From NCBI GenBank assembly GCA_964619365.1, contig CAZUDQ010000003.1, positions 1 to 64,000 of the forward strand: a stretch of 64,000 nt of DNA, read 5' to 3'. The notes beneath the pieces are model-generated. The model made no database searches. It was not told the origin of the DNA and saw only the letters and a program-made list of their open reading frames with translations. Below are positions 9,537 to 19,252 of the stretch, in pieces. The position numbers and the translations under genes were made by a program. This stretch comes from an uncultured archaeon (GTDB lineage Archaea > Altiarchaeota > Altiarchaeia > JAFGQM01). Position 1 is the stretch's first letter, and every line of letters begins with the position of its first letter.

Positions 9537-10142
9537 ATGGCAGTAACAGATGAAATAGTCGGTAACATAACAGAAAAGCCAAAAGCGGCAATGACCTTTC
9601 TTGTGATATTTGTTTTAGGCTTAATAGCACTTATACTTATTCTTTTGGCCTCGCCGGAAAATCTGGACGGCTGCGACTTTGAGCTTAATTGTTCTGTTTG
9701 CTGTCCGTGCGACTGCGATGACAAAGTCATTCAGACACCAGTTAACACTAGTACCGTAAAACAAAACCAAACAAGTGGCAAGGAATTGCAGGCCGCCTAC
9801 CTGAAAGTCGTAGATGATTGTTTGGCAAAACAAGGACCTATGGGTATAGAAATATGCACAAAAGGCAAAGCACAGGATGATTATGCCGCATGGTGCAGAA
9901 AAGAGAATGGAGTCTTTGGTCCGCAGGGCATGATGGGTCTTCCGAATTGTAATCTGCCGGCAACAGACAGCGGCAAAAATTGTACTGACGGGACAGAGTG
10001 TGATTCCGGGACATGTATTGCGCCCGATGGCGCGAAATCCGGTCAGACGAATCTTGTTGGAACTTGCAACGACTGGATGACGATAGTTGGTTGTTATACC
10101 TATCTTGACAATGGCGAGTCGATAGAAATCTGCGTAGACTGA
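9537..10142 (+). CDS. Membrane-anchored Cys-rich hypothetical protein
   Basis: N-terminal TM helix and many extracellular Cys. Confidence 0.7.
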   Translation: MAVTDEIVGNITEKPKAAMTFLVIFVLGLIALILILLASPENLDGCDFELNCSVCCPCDCDDKVIQTPVNTSTVKQNQTSGKELQAAYLKVVDDCLAKQGPMGIEICTKGKAQDDYAAWCRKENGVFGPQGMMGLPNCNLPATDSGKNCTDGTECDSGTCIAPDGAKSGQTNLVGTCNDWMTIVGCYTYLDNGESIEICVD

Positions 10143-10173
10143 TTTTTTCAGATTCTTTTTCTAATTCTCTTTA

Positions 10174-10596
10174 ATGTTTAAGCATCTTGAGCATCCTGCG
10201 GATATTGGCATACTGGCAGAGGCATCTACATTAGAAGAAGCTTTTGTCGAAGGGGCAAAAGGCATGTTTTCTGTAATGTGCGACCTGTCTACGGTCAAAG
10301 CCGAACACCGTATTGAAGTTACTTGTGAAGCAGGCTCTATCGAGACTCTTTTTGTCGAATGGTTAAATGCTCTCTTGCTCCAGGCAGACTTACACTCGAT
10401 GTTTTTTTCAAGGTTCAAAGTGCAGATAACTAAGCGCGCAGACGACTCGTTTAAGCTCGCCGGTTTTGCATGGGGGGAGGAGATTGACGCGCCACGCCAC
10501 AAAATAGGCACTGAAGTCAAGGCCGCAACATATTCTGGTCTCAAATACAAGGAAGAAAGAGGCATCCACAGCCTTCAATGCCTCCTTGACATATGA
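10174..10596 (+). CDS. Archease
   Basis: EHPADIG N-terminus, EVKAATY, C-terminal LDI; overlaps the rtcB start. Confidence 0.93.
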   Translation: MFKHLEHPADIGILAEASTLEEAFVEGAKGMFSVMCDLSTVKAEHRIEVTCEAGSIETLFVEWLNALLLQADLHSMFFSRFKVQITKRADDSFKLAGFAWGEEIDAPRHKIGTEVKAATYSGLKYKEERGIHSLQCLLDI

Positions 10597-12032
10597 TGGA
10601 ACTAAACGAGATATCAAAGGGACTTTGGGAACTTTCCCAAACAGGAGATATGAAGGTTCCGGCAAGGATATATGCAGATAAAAACATAATCGAAACTCTT
10701 AAAAGCGAGATTTCAAAGGCAAGCCCATGGTCTGCGTTAAAGCAACTTGAAAATGTCGCGACACTTCCCGGAATACAAAAAGCGGCAATTGCAATGAGTG
10801 ATATTCATCCCGGATATGGCTTTCCAATCGGCGGTGTTGCCGCATTTGATTTAGAAGAAGGTGTGATATCTGTTGCAGGCGTGGGCTTTGACTGCAATTG
10901 CGGGGTAAGGACGCTTCGCATACCGCTACCCTCAAGGGAAGTCGAAAAAAAGAAAAAGGAGCTTGCAGACATTCTGTTTTCAAAAGTCCCGGCAGGCCTT
11001 GGAAAAAAAGGCAAGCTTTCCTTAGACAATCGCGAAATTGACGAGATGCTCATAACTGGCGCCAGGTTTGCAATTGAGCAAGGATATGGCATTGAGTCTG
11101 ATATTGAGTTTTGCGAAGAAAACGGAAGCATAAGTGGCGCAGACCCAGAAAAAGTTTCAAAGCACGCTAAAGACCGTCAAAACAAGCAGGTTGGGACATT
11201 GGGTTCAGGCAATCATTACCTGGAAATCCAGAAGATAACAAGTATATTAAACGATAAAGCCGCAGCCGCGTATGGACTAACGCAAGACGAGTGTCTGATT
11301 TCAATTCATTGCGGAAGCCGGGCGCTAGGTCACCAAATAGGGACAGATTACTTAAAAGTCCTTGAAGCGGCGACAAAAAAATATGACATAAAGATTCCTG
11401 AAAAAGAACTTGCGTGCGCTCCGATAAATAGCGATGAAGGGCGCGATTACCTTTCGGCAATCAATTGTGGGATTAATGCGGCATTTGCAAACAGGCAGGT
11501 TATATCCCATCTTGCCCGCGAGGCATGTGCAAAAGTCCTTGATATTGCGCCTGAAGATATGACCCTTCTTTATGATGTCGGCCACAACACAGCAAAGATT
11601 GAAAAGCACGCTGGAGCTGAGCTTTTAGTCCTAAGGAAAGGCGCAACAAGAGCCTTTGGTCCCGGTCGAAGCGAGATTCCAAAAGCTTATAGAGCTACGG
11701 GCCAGCCAGCACTCATCGGAGGCACTATGGGAACTTCTTCTTATATCCTTTGCGGAACCAAAAAAGGGATGAAAGAGTCCTTTGGCAGCGCGTGCCACGG
11801 GGCAGGACGTGCAATGTCACGCCAGGAGGCAAAAAGGCGTTTTAAAAGTGAAGACATCCTCAGCTTGCTGGAAAAGAAAGGTATAATAATCAAAGGCCAT
11901 AGTCTGGATGGAATTGCCGAAGAAGCACCGGGCGCATATAAGGACGTTGACGAGGTTGTTTCTGTAATGGAAGAGGCGGGAATTGCAGGAAAAGTTGCAA
12001 AGCTTTCCCCCATAGTATGTGTAAAAGGATAA
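10593..12032 (+). CDS. rtcB: RNA-splicing ligase RtcB (no intein)
   Basis: DIHPGYGFPIGG, GFDCNCG, GTLGSGNHY, HCGSR, HGAGR and EEAPGAYKD motifs. Confidence 0.97.
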   Translation: MMELNEISKGLWELSQTGDMKVPARIYADKNIIETLKSEISKASPWSALKQLENVATLPGIQKAAIAMSDIHPGYGFPIGGVAAFDLEEGVISVAGVGFDCNCGVRTLRIPLPSREVEKKKKELADILFSKVPAGLGKKGKLSLDNREIDEMLITGARFAIEQGYGIESDIEFCEENGSISGADPEKVSKHAKDRQNKQVGTLGSGNHYLEIQKITSILNDKAAAAYGLTQDECLISIHCGSRALGHQIGTDYLKVLEAATKKYDIKIPEKELACAPINSDEGRDYLSAINCGINAAFANRQVISHLAREACAKVLDIAPEDMTLLYDVGHNTAKIEKHAGAELLVLRKGATRAFGPGRSEIPKAYRATGQPALIGGTMGTSSYILCGTKKGMKESFGSACHGAGRAMSRQEAKRRFKSEDILSLLEKKGIIIKGHSLDGIAEEAPGAYKDVDEVVSVMEEAGIAGKVAKLSPIVCVKG

Positions 12033-12079
12033 GTTCTTTTCTTTTTCTTGATTTTAAGTCAAATTATAGGCGTTAAAAA

Positions 12080-12958
12080 ATGAACTCGGAACCTAAAATT
12101 TATATTGACGGGAAGTTTTATCCAAAGTCTGAAGCCAAAATATCGGTTTATGACCACGGCCTCCTTTACGGGGACGGGGTCTTTGAAGGTATACGCTGTT
12201 ATGATGGCTGTGTATTCAGGCTTGATGAACACATAGACAGGCTTTATGATAGCGCACGCGCTATTTGCATGGACATACCAGTGACAAAAGATGCTATGAA
12301 GGAAATAGTCCTTAAGTCGCTAAGGGCAAACAAACTAAAAGAGGCTTATGCCAGGCTAATTGTCACAAGAGGGGTCGGCGACCTTGGTCTTGACCCTAAC
12401 AAGTGCCCGGTTCCGTCCATAATATGCATAGCGCAGTACTTTGCGCCGCTTTACGGCGATTTGTACGACAAAGGGATGAAGATAGTTACTGTCGGCACAA
12501 GAAGAGTCGCACCAGATGCTCTTGACATAAAGGCAAAGACGCTAAATTACCTCAATAACATTATGGGTAAGATTCAGGCTAACCTTGCAGGATGCGACGA
12601 GGCTCTTATGTTAAACAATTTAGGTCGTGTTGCAGAAGGCACAGGCGACAACTTTTTTGTCGTTAAAAACGGCGTTCTTTATACACCCCCAACAGGCGCA
12701 GGAATACTAAAAGGAATAACCAGAAAGGTCGTTATGGAACTTGCCCAGGAACACGGTATAAAGGTTGTTGAAGAAGACCTGACACTTTTTGATGTTTATA
12801 CGGCAGACGAAGTCTTCATGACAGGAACTGCAGCTGAAGTCATTTCTATAATAGAAGCTGATGCCAGGATGATAGGCGACGGGAAACCGGGACCCATAGC
12901 AAAGAAGCTTCGAGAAGAGTTTGACAAGATATGTTGCAAAGACGGCGATAAAGTCTAA
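12080..12958 (+). CDS. ilvE: Branched-chain amino acid aminotransferase
   Basis: DHGLLYGDGVFEGIR, KTLNYLNN, EGTGDN and FMTGTAAE motifs. Confidence 0.95.
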   Translation: MNSEPKIYIDGKFYPKSEAKISVYDHGLLYGDGVFEGIRCYDGCVFRLDEHIDRLYDSARAICMDIPVTKDAMKEIVLKSLRANKLKEAYARLIVTRGVGDLGLDPNKCPVPSIICIAQYFAPLYGDLYDKGMKIVTVGTRRVAPDALDIKAKTLNYLNNIMGKIQANLAGCDEALMLNNLGRVAEGTGDNFFVVKNGVLYTPPTGAGILKGITRKVVMELAQEHGIKVVEEDLTLFDVYTADEVFMTGTAAEVISIIEADARMIGDGKPGPIAKKLREEFDKICCKDGDKV

Positions 12959-12966
12959 ACCTAGAC

Positions 12967-13278
12967 ATGGATAAAACAGGAGAAAAAACGGAAAAAGAAG
13001 CAGGAATACTTTCAAAAAAGGATAAGAACGGAATTCCAGATCCGCTTCATTTCGAGCTTTCCCCTCATGTTGTTCATCTCGCATGGCTAATCTATATAAT
13101 AGCTGTCCTGGGTGCAATACTCTGCCTTGTCCCGATAATTATGTTTGCCGAAGAAATCGGCGCCGGGCCGTATGCAGACAATCTCCTTATCGTAGAAATA
13201 GCCCTGATTGTAGTCTTTGTCGCAACCATCGTAGAAAAAACATTTGTCGCACATAAGCACAAGGCGCAAAGAAGCTAG
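12967..13278 (+). CDS. Hypothetical 2-TM membrane protein
   Basis: Two hydrophobic segments; abuts ilvE and ribD. Confidence 0.6.
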   Translation: MDKTGEKTEKEAGILSKKDKNGIPDPLHFELSPHVVHLAWLIYIIAVLGAILCLVPIIMFAEEIGAGPYADNLLIVEIALIVVFVATIVEKTFVAHKHKAQRS

Positions 13279-14370
13279 ATGGAAAAAGACGAGAAGTTCA
13301 TGCGCGAAGCAATTCGCCTTGCAAAAAAAGGACTAGGAAGAACAAGCCCTAATCCTGCAGTGGGTTGTGTCATTGTAAGAAATGACGAGATAATAGGTCG
13401 CGGTTTTCACAAGAAAGCAGGCGCACCGCACGCTGAAATCGAAGCAATAGAAGACGTAAAATCTCAGAAGAAAAAATTAGCGGGAACAACTCTTTATTGT
13501 ACTCTTGAACCTTGTTGTCATCACGGCAAGACTCCGCCATGCACTGATGCGATAATCGCAAACGGTATAGTGCGCGTTGTTTATGCTTCATGCGATCCCA
13601 ATCCAAAGGCCTCTGGCAAAGGTGATAAAAAGCTAAAAAAAGCAGGCATTGAAATAAGCTCAGGAGTCTTAGAAAAAGAAGCCTCAGAACTAAATGCAGC
13701 TTATTTTAAGTACATAAAAAAATCTATTCCGCTTATCATAGCAAAAGCCGCCCTTTCAGCCGACGGAAAACTTTGCGCACTTGACGGAAGCTCTAAATGG
13801 ATAACGGGTTCTGAAGCACGCCGCGAGGCACATCGCATGCGAAATATTTATGACGCGGTTATGGTGGGAGCACACACAGTTGCCTTAGACAATCCACGAC
13901 TCACATGCAGGATACAATGCGGAAGAAATCCAGTAAGGATAATTGTCGATTCACATATAACAGTACCTCTTGAATTTAAGATTTTTACACATAACGCTCG
14001 TGTGATTGTTGCATGCCTTGATACGGCCCCCCAAAGTAAAGTCGAGCTTATAAGGGACACAGGGCACGAGGTGCTTTTCTGCAAGAAAAACAAAGATGGC
14101 ATGGTTGACTTAAAAGATCTTATCAAAAAGCTTGGCAAATCGGGAATAACGTCAGTCATGATTGAAGGAGGTCCTGGTCTTTTGGGTTCGGCCTTTGATA
14201 CAGGAATAGTGGACAGGACAGCATTCTTTTTTGCTCCAAAGATAATCGGGGCGGGAAAGACCATAACCTGCAAGAACAAAAAAGGCATGAGTGGAGCAAT
14301 AAACTTTAAAGATGTCAAGACAAAAAAGCTCGGAAATGACATCCTGATGCTTGGGAGGATAAAATCATGA
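13279..14370 (+). CDS. ribD: Bifunctional pyrimidine deaminase/reductase RibD (bacterial type)
   Basis: PNPAVG, HAE...TLEPCCHHGKTPPC, SKWIT and IEGG motifs. Confidence 0.95.
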   Translation: MEKDEKFMREAIRLAKKGLGRTSPNPAVGCVIVRNDEIIGRGFHKKAGAPHAEIEAIEDVKSQKKKLAGTTLYCTLEPCCHHGKTPPCTDAIIANGIVRVVYASCDPNPKASGKGDKKLKKAGIEISSGVLEKEASELNAAYFKYIKKSIPLIIAKAALSADGKLCALDGSSKWITGSEARREAHRMRNIYDAVMVGAHTVALDNPRLTCRIQCGRNPVRIIVDSHITVPLEFKIFTHNARVIVACLDTAPQSKVELIRDTGHEVLFCKKNKDGMVDLKDLIKKLGKSGITSVMIEGGPGLLGSAFDTGIVDRTAFFFAPKIIGAGKTITCKNKKGMSGAINFKDVKTKKLGNDILMLGRIKS

Positions 14371-15575
14371 ATACAATAGACGAGGCGATTTTGGATGTAA
14401 AAGAGGGACGCCCCATAATCGTTGTTGACGACGAGAGTCGTGAAAACGAGGGAGACCTGATTGTCGCGGCAGAAAAAGCAAGTCCGGATGTCATAAATTT
14501 CATGATTAAGGAATGCCGCGGTCTTGTCTGCATGCCGGCAACTGCCGAGCGACTTGACGAGCTTGAGATAAGTCAAATGGTAAAGCGTAATACGGATTCA
14601 AAGGAAACCGCATTTACAGTCTCAATCGATGCAAAAGAGGTAGAAACGGGCATATCAGCATTTGAACGGGCAGAGACTATTGCAAAGTTTCTTGACCCGA
14701 GCACAAGACCTAAGGATTTCACAAGACCTGGGCACATCTTCCCGCTTCGCGCAAAAGAAGGTGGCGTTCTTGTAAGGGCAGGGCACACTGAGGCATCAGT
14801 AGACCTTGCGCGCCTTGCAGGACTTTATCCAGCAGGAGTCATATGTGAGATAGTAAAAGACAATGGCAAGATGGCTCGCATGCCCGATTTGATAGAATTT
14901 GGGAAAAAACATAAGCTGAAGCTAATATCCGTAGCCGATCTCATAAAATATCGCATTGAAAACAAGATAGATTATATTGGCGAGAAAAAAGAGCCAATAG
15001 TAAAAAAAGGCGGCGAGTCTGATTTTCCAACACGTTTTGGCAACTTTAAGATAATTTCATTCCGCTCTCTTGCAGACGGAAAAGAACATCTTGCAATCAT
15101 CAAAGGAGAGCTTGCAGGGAAAAAAGACGTCCTTGTGAGGGTACACTCTGAGTGTCTGACCGGGGACGCACTCGGCTCACTAAGATGCGATTGCGGGCCA
15201 CAACTAAACGAAGCACTTAAGGCAATAGAAAAAGAAGGCTACGGCGTTGTGCTTTACATGAGACAAGAAGGCCGCGGGATAGGCCTTGGAAATAAGATTA
15301 AGGCTTATGAACTTCAGGATGGTGGACTTGACACAGTCGAGGCAAATATTGCCCTGGGCTTCCCCCCCGATTTAAGGGATTATGGGACTGGCGCCCAAAT
15401 ACTTCGTGACCTTGGCTTAAGCACAATAAGGATAATGACAAACAACCCCAAAAAGATTGTCGGGCTTGACGGATATGGTCTTGAGATAGTGGGACGCGTT
15501 CCAATAAAGATACCTGCAAACAAATTCAATAAGAAATATCTTGAAACAAAAATAGAAAAGATGGGGCACCTATGA
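14367..15575 (+). CDS. ribBA: Bifunctional DHBP synthase/GTP cyclohydrolase II
   Basis: RENEGD, RPGHIFPL, GHTEA; RVHSECLTGD...RCDCG; QEGRGIG. Confidence 0.96.
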   Translation: MNTIDEAILDVKEGRPIIVVDDESRENEGDLIVAAEKASPDVINFMIKECRGLVCMPATAERLDELEISQMVKRNTDSKETAFTVSIDAKEVETGISAFERAETIAKFLDPSTRPKDFTRPGHIFPLRAKEGGVLVRAGHTEASVDLARLAGLYPAGVICEIVKDNGKMARMPDLIEFGKKHKLKLISVADLIKYRIENKIDYIGEKKEPIVKKGGESDFPTRFGNFKIISFRSLADGKEHLAIIKGELAGKKDVLVRVHSECLTGDALGSLRCDCGPQLNEALKAIEKEGYGVVLYMRQEGRGIGLGNKIKAYELQDGGLDTVEANIALGFPPDLRDYGTGAQILRDLGLSTIRIMTNNPKKIVGLDGYGLEIVGRVPIKIPANKFNKKYLETKIEKMGHL

Positions 15576-15582
15576 ACCGCGT

Positions 15583-16626
15583 TTATTTTTTAGCAGAATT
15601 TTTCCTTTTTTCTACGATTTCTTTTAGCCTGCGTTGATATTCTTCATCCCTAAATCCGACTTTCTCTGCAAATACTGGAATGCCCTTGGGCCTGATTCTA
15701 ATTTCTTTTCTCCCCTTACCATTATCATTAACACTGTGATCTATCTCATTTTCTCTTAATATTCCAGACACATAATTGGCAATATGGTTCTTACCCTTGT
15801 ATGTTCGTATCCTTAGGTTTGGAGTTCTTGACGTCTTTGCGATATCTCCATGACTGTCAACGATTCCCTTTAAGTAGCTAAGCCGCATATCGGTTCTTCT
15901 TTTTGAACCAGGCTTTAACAGAATTCCAGTAGGGCTTTTTTTACCCCAGTCTGTTGCTTTATTATGCATTGCAATAAAATCGCCACCCCGTATAGTGGCG
16001 CCAAATATTTTACGTCCCTTTACATTAGTTATTGTGGCTTTTGTTTCGGTTCCGGCAATATTTTTTGAGGCACGAAGCAATTCGCTTGTTATCTCTTTTG
16101 ATTTTAAGTTGCTTTTCATACTGCCGAGGTCATTATCGTAGTGATAACCAAGATTGCCATCTGCAAGTCCCATTAGGTAGCCTAAGTCCCTTCTTTTCTC
16201 AGGTGAAGAAGCTATTTCCTCTAAACTAGAACCCTTTCTTTGGGACATGTGCACATCAAAACGTTTTTTGCTCATGAAATTAGGGGGTGCGGTTTCTCCC
16301 TTTGCCCATCTTTCAACAGTTTTTCTTGTGAGCCCCTCTTCTTCCGCGATTTTAGTAGAATTCTCTCCTACCAAGCGGGCTTCAACTACGCGGCGATATT
16401 TCATAAAAGCCTCTTTGTTCTTTTCAAGGCGTTTGTTTATTATTGGGTCGGGCACTCTAAACAAAAAAAGCCTGCGGATTCTCTCTTCAGCTTCCGCAAG
16501 CGAGACCGTCCTACGAGTTCCAATGACAAAGTTATCTCCCGGAGCCTTTCTTCTATTTACAGTGCGCTTTATTCGACCTTCAGATCGCTTCTTTGCCTTT
16601 TTGGCAAGTTGTTTTGGTCCAACCAC
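15583..16626 (-). CDS. Free-standing HTH plus two-motif LAGLIDADG-like protein with basic N-terminus
   Basis: HTH-like STKIAEEEGLTRKTVERWAKG; LAGLIDADG-like helices LGYLMGLADGN and YLKGIVDSHG; C-terminal FAEKVGF. Confidence 0.75.
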   Translation of the reverse strand: MVGPKQLAKKAKKRSEGRIKRTVNRRKAPGDNFVIGTRRTVSLAEAEERIRRLFLFRVPDPIINKRLEKNKEAFMKYRRVVEARLVGENSTKIAEEEGLTRKTVERWAKGETAPPNFMSKKRFDVHMSQRKGSSLEEIASSPEKRRDLGYLMGLADGNLGYHYDNDLGSMKSNLKSKEITSELLRASKNIAGTETKATITNVKGRKIFGATIRGGDFIAMHNKATDWGKKSPTGILLKPGSKRRTDMRLSYLKGIVDSHGDIAKTSRTPNLRIRTYKGKNHIANYVSGILRENEIDHSVNDNGKGRKEIRIRPKGIPVFAEKVGFRDEEYQRRLKEIVEKRKNSAKK

Positions 16627-16685
16627 TTTATTATATTTCCTTTGACAAAGGAGAAAAGCCCTTTTAACTTCCTTTTTTCAATTAA

Positions 16686-17153
<468 letters not shown>

Positions 17154-17209
17154 AGTCTTATTTAAATTAAATTATCCTCAAATTACTTTGCAATTTCTAT
17201 TAAGCTAAA

Positions 17210-17614
17210 ATGACAACAAAAATAGCAATAGTCTTCTCAGAGTTCAATTATGACATCACAAGTGCCATGGTCGAGCGTGCAAAAAACCACGCAGAGCTTC
17301 TTGGTGCAGAGATTGTCGAGACACAGAGCGTGCCTGGCGCATATGACATGCCGTTTATCGTAAAAAAGTTGATTGAAAAGGATAATGTCGATGGTGTTGT
17401 TGCAATTGGTGCAATAATCCAGGGCGACACAAAACACGACGAAGTAATCGCAGCACAGCTTGCGAGAAAACTAACAGACCTTTCTCTTGAGTCTGGAAAG
17501 CCAATAGGCCTTGGAGTATCTGGTCCAGGTCAAACGCGGGCGCAGGCAATGTCACGTATTGACGGTTATGCAAAGCGTGGTGTTGAAGCTGTTGTCAAGT
17601 TAAGTAAAAAATAA
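17210..17614 (+). CDS. ribH: 6,7-dimethyl-8-ribityllumazine synthase
   Basis: SEFNYDIT, VPGAYDMP and IQGDTKHD motifs. Confidence 0.95.
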   Translation: MTTKIAIVFSEFNYDITSAMVERAKNHAELLGAEIVETQSVPGAYDMPFIVKKLIEKDNVDGVVAIGAIIQGDTKHDEVIAAQLARKLTDLSLESGKPIGLGVSGPGQTRAQAMSRIDGYAKRGVEAVVKLSKK

Positions 17615-17642
17615 GTCTGAACAGGATTAAATAATTTTAAAA

Positions 17643-18839
17643 ATGGAAAAGGATTTCATGATAGGCGAAGCTCTTGTCGGAGAGGGCAACGAAGTCGCAC
17701 ACATCGATATGGTAGTTGGAAGAAAGGACGGTCCTGTAGGGCAGGCTTTCCTTAATGGTATGGCAGGACTTTCTCAGGGTCACACGCCTATTCTTGGCGT
17801 AATACGCCCGAACCTTATATCAAAACCGGCAACACTCATTGTACCAAAAGTAACAGTCCAGAATCTTGAAGATGCAGAAAAGATATTCGGTCCCGCACAG
17901 TCGGCCGTTGCAAAAGCTGTTGCAGACGCTGTTGCAGAAGGCACTTTTCCAAAAGAAGAGGTTGAAGATTATGTCATAATCGCATCAGTTTTCATACATC
18001 CTGGCGCTGAGGATTATGAGAAGATTTACCGCTATAACTATTCGGCAACAAAGATGTGCCTTACTCGCGCAATCGAAGGATACCCGAATCTAAAGAAGAT
18101 AAATTACGAAAAGGATCGCGCTATGCACGCGGTTGCAGGAGTCAAAATGGAAAAATTATGGAGACCCCCTTATCTACAGGTTGCACTTGACATAATAAAT
18201 CAGGATTACTTAAAACATGTAATCGAGAACTTGCCACAAAACGACATGATGATTTTTGAGGCCGGAACACCTTACATAAAGGAGTTTGGAGTAAGAGGGA
18301 TTTCAGAAATCAGAAAGGCAAGGAAAGGCGCATTTATAATAGCTGATCTTAAGACTCTTGATGTTGGAAAGGTCGAAGTCGACCAGGCATATAACAATAG
18401 CGCAGATGCTGCTGTCGTCTCAGGTCTTGCGACAAAAGAGACAATAGAAGCAGTAATCTATGAGACACACAGACTTGGAATCTATGCTTATGTTGATATG
18501 ATGAATGTGGCAGACCCTGTTGCAAAGTTAAAAGAGCTAAAAGAGAATCCAGATGTCGTGATACTTCACAGGAATATTGATTCAGAGAATGTAGAGGGCG
18601 AGCAGGATGCGCGCTGGAAGCTAATCTCGCAGATTAAAAACGAGGTCTCAAAAAAGATTCTTTGTGCAGTTGCAGGTGGAATCACACCAAAGACAGCCAA
18701 AACCGCTCTCATCAATGGCGCAGATATCCTGATTGTAGGACGTTACATTACACAGTCAAAAGATATTGAGCGCTCTGCAAGAGAGTTCCTTTCGCTTCTT
18801 GGCGACGACACAGATCTTTACAGGACACACGTGGAGTAA
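17643..18839 (+). CDS. fae-hps: Bifunctional formaldehyde-activating enzyme/3-hexulose-6-phosphate synthase
   Basis: GEALVGEGNEVAHID, FGPAQSAVAKAV; LQVALD, EAGTP and ADLKTLD motifs. Confidence 0.94.
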   Translation: MEKDFMIGEALVGEGNEVAHIDMVVGRKDGPVGQAFLNGMAGLSQGHTPILGVIRPNLISKPATLIVPKVTVQNLEDAEKIFGPAQSAVAKAVADAVAEGTFPKEEVEDYVIIASVFIHPGAEDYEKIYRYNYSATKMCLTRAIEGYPNLKKINYEKDRAMHAVAGVKMEKLWRPPYLQVALDIINQDYLKHVIENLPQNDMMIFEAGTPYIKEFGVRGISEIRKARKGAFIIADLKTLDVGKVEVDQAYNNSADAAVVSGLATKETIEAVIYETHRLGIYAYVDMMNVADPVAKLKELKENPDVVILHRNIDSENVEGEQDARWKLISQIKNEVSKKILCAVAGGITPKTAKTALINGADILIVGRYITQSKDIERSAREFLSLLGDDTDLYRTHVE

Positions 18840-18912
18840 ATCTCCACTGTTCCTCTTAGTTATCGCAACTCTTAGCGGAAGCCTTTTTTCTATTATACGT
18901 TCTAAATACCCT

Positions 18913-19180
18913 TGCGGGCTAGGTTGGGGGTTTAGGGGACCCCTCTTTCTTAGAATCCTCTTTAGAGAGCCAAGAACCTTGGGGCGGTTTTCCGACTTAT
19001 GGTTTGTGTCTGCTTTCCTCTGTGTCGATCTTTCGTCCCTTGGGGGCGCGCGGAGTTCGAATCTGGTCAGACCTTGACGGGAGCAGCCATAAGGATTCTT
19101 CTCGTCGTCTAAGGAATCGCGAGGGGGAGCATGTTAGCAGAACACAGGTCTTAGGAGGTTTTCCCACCCAAGTGTCCGCA
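18913..19180 (+). ncRNA. ffs: Archaeal SRP (7S) RNA
   Basis: 5' GCGGGCTAGG..GGGG start typical of archaeal SRP RNA; terminal helix TGCGGGC/GTCCGCA; helix 8 GGTCAGACCT-TGAC-GGGAGCAGCC at 19065-19088. Confidence 0.85.
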
Positions 19181-19252
19181 CTTTAATGCTATTTTTGCAC
19201 TTTTTATAACCGTCGTCATAAGTATTTCAGTAATTTACTAAAATTATTTAAA

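Noticed and set aside
18766-19186. ORFs 18766..19077 and 19004..19186
   Set aside because: They overlap the SRP RNA and show no protein features.
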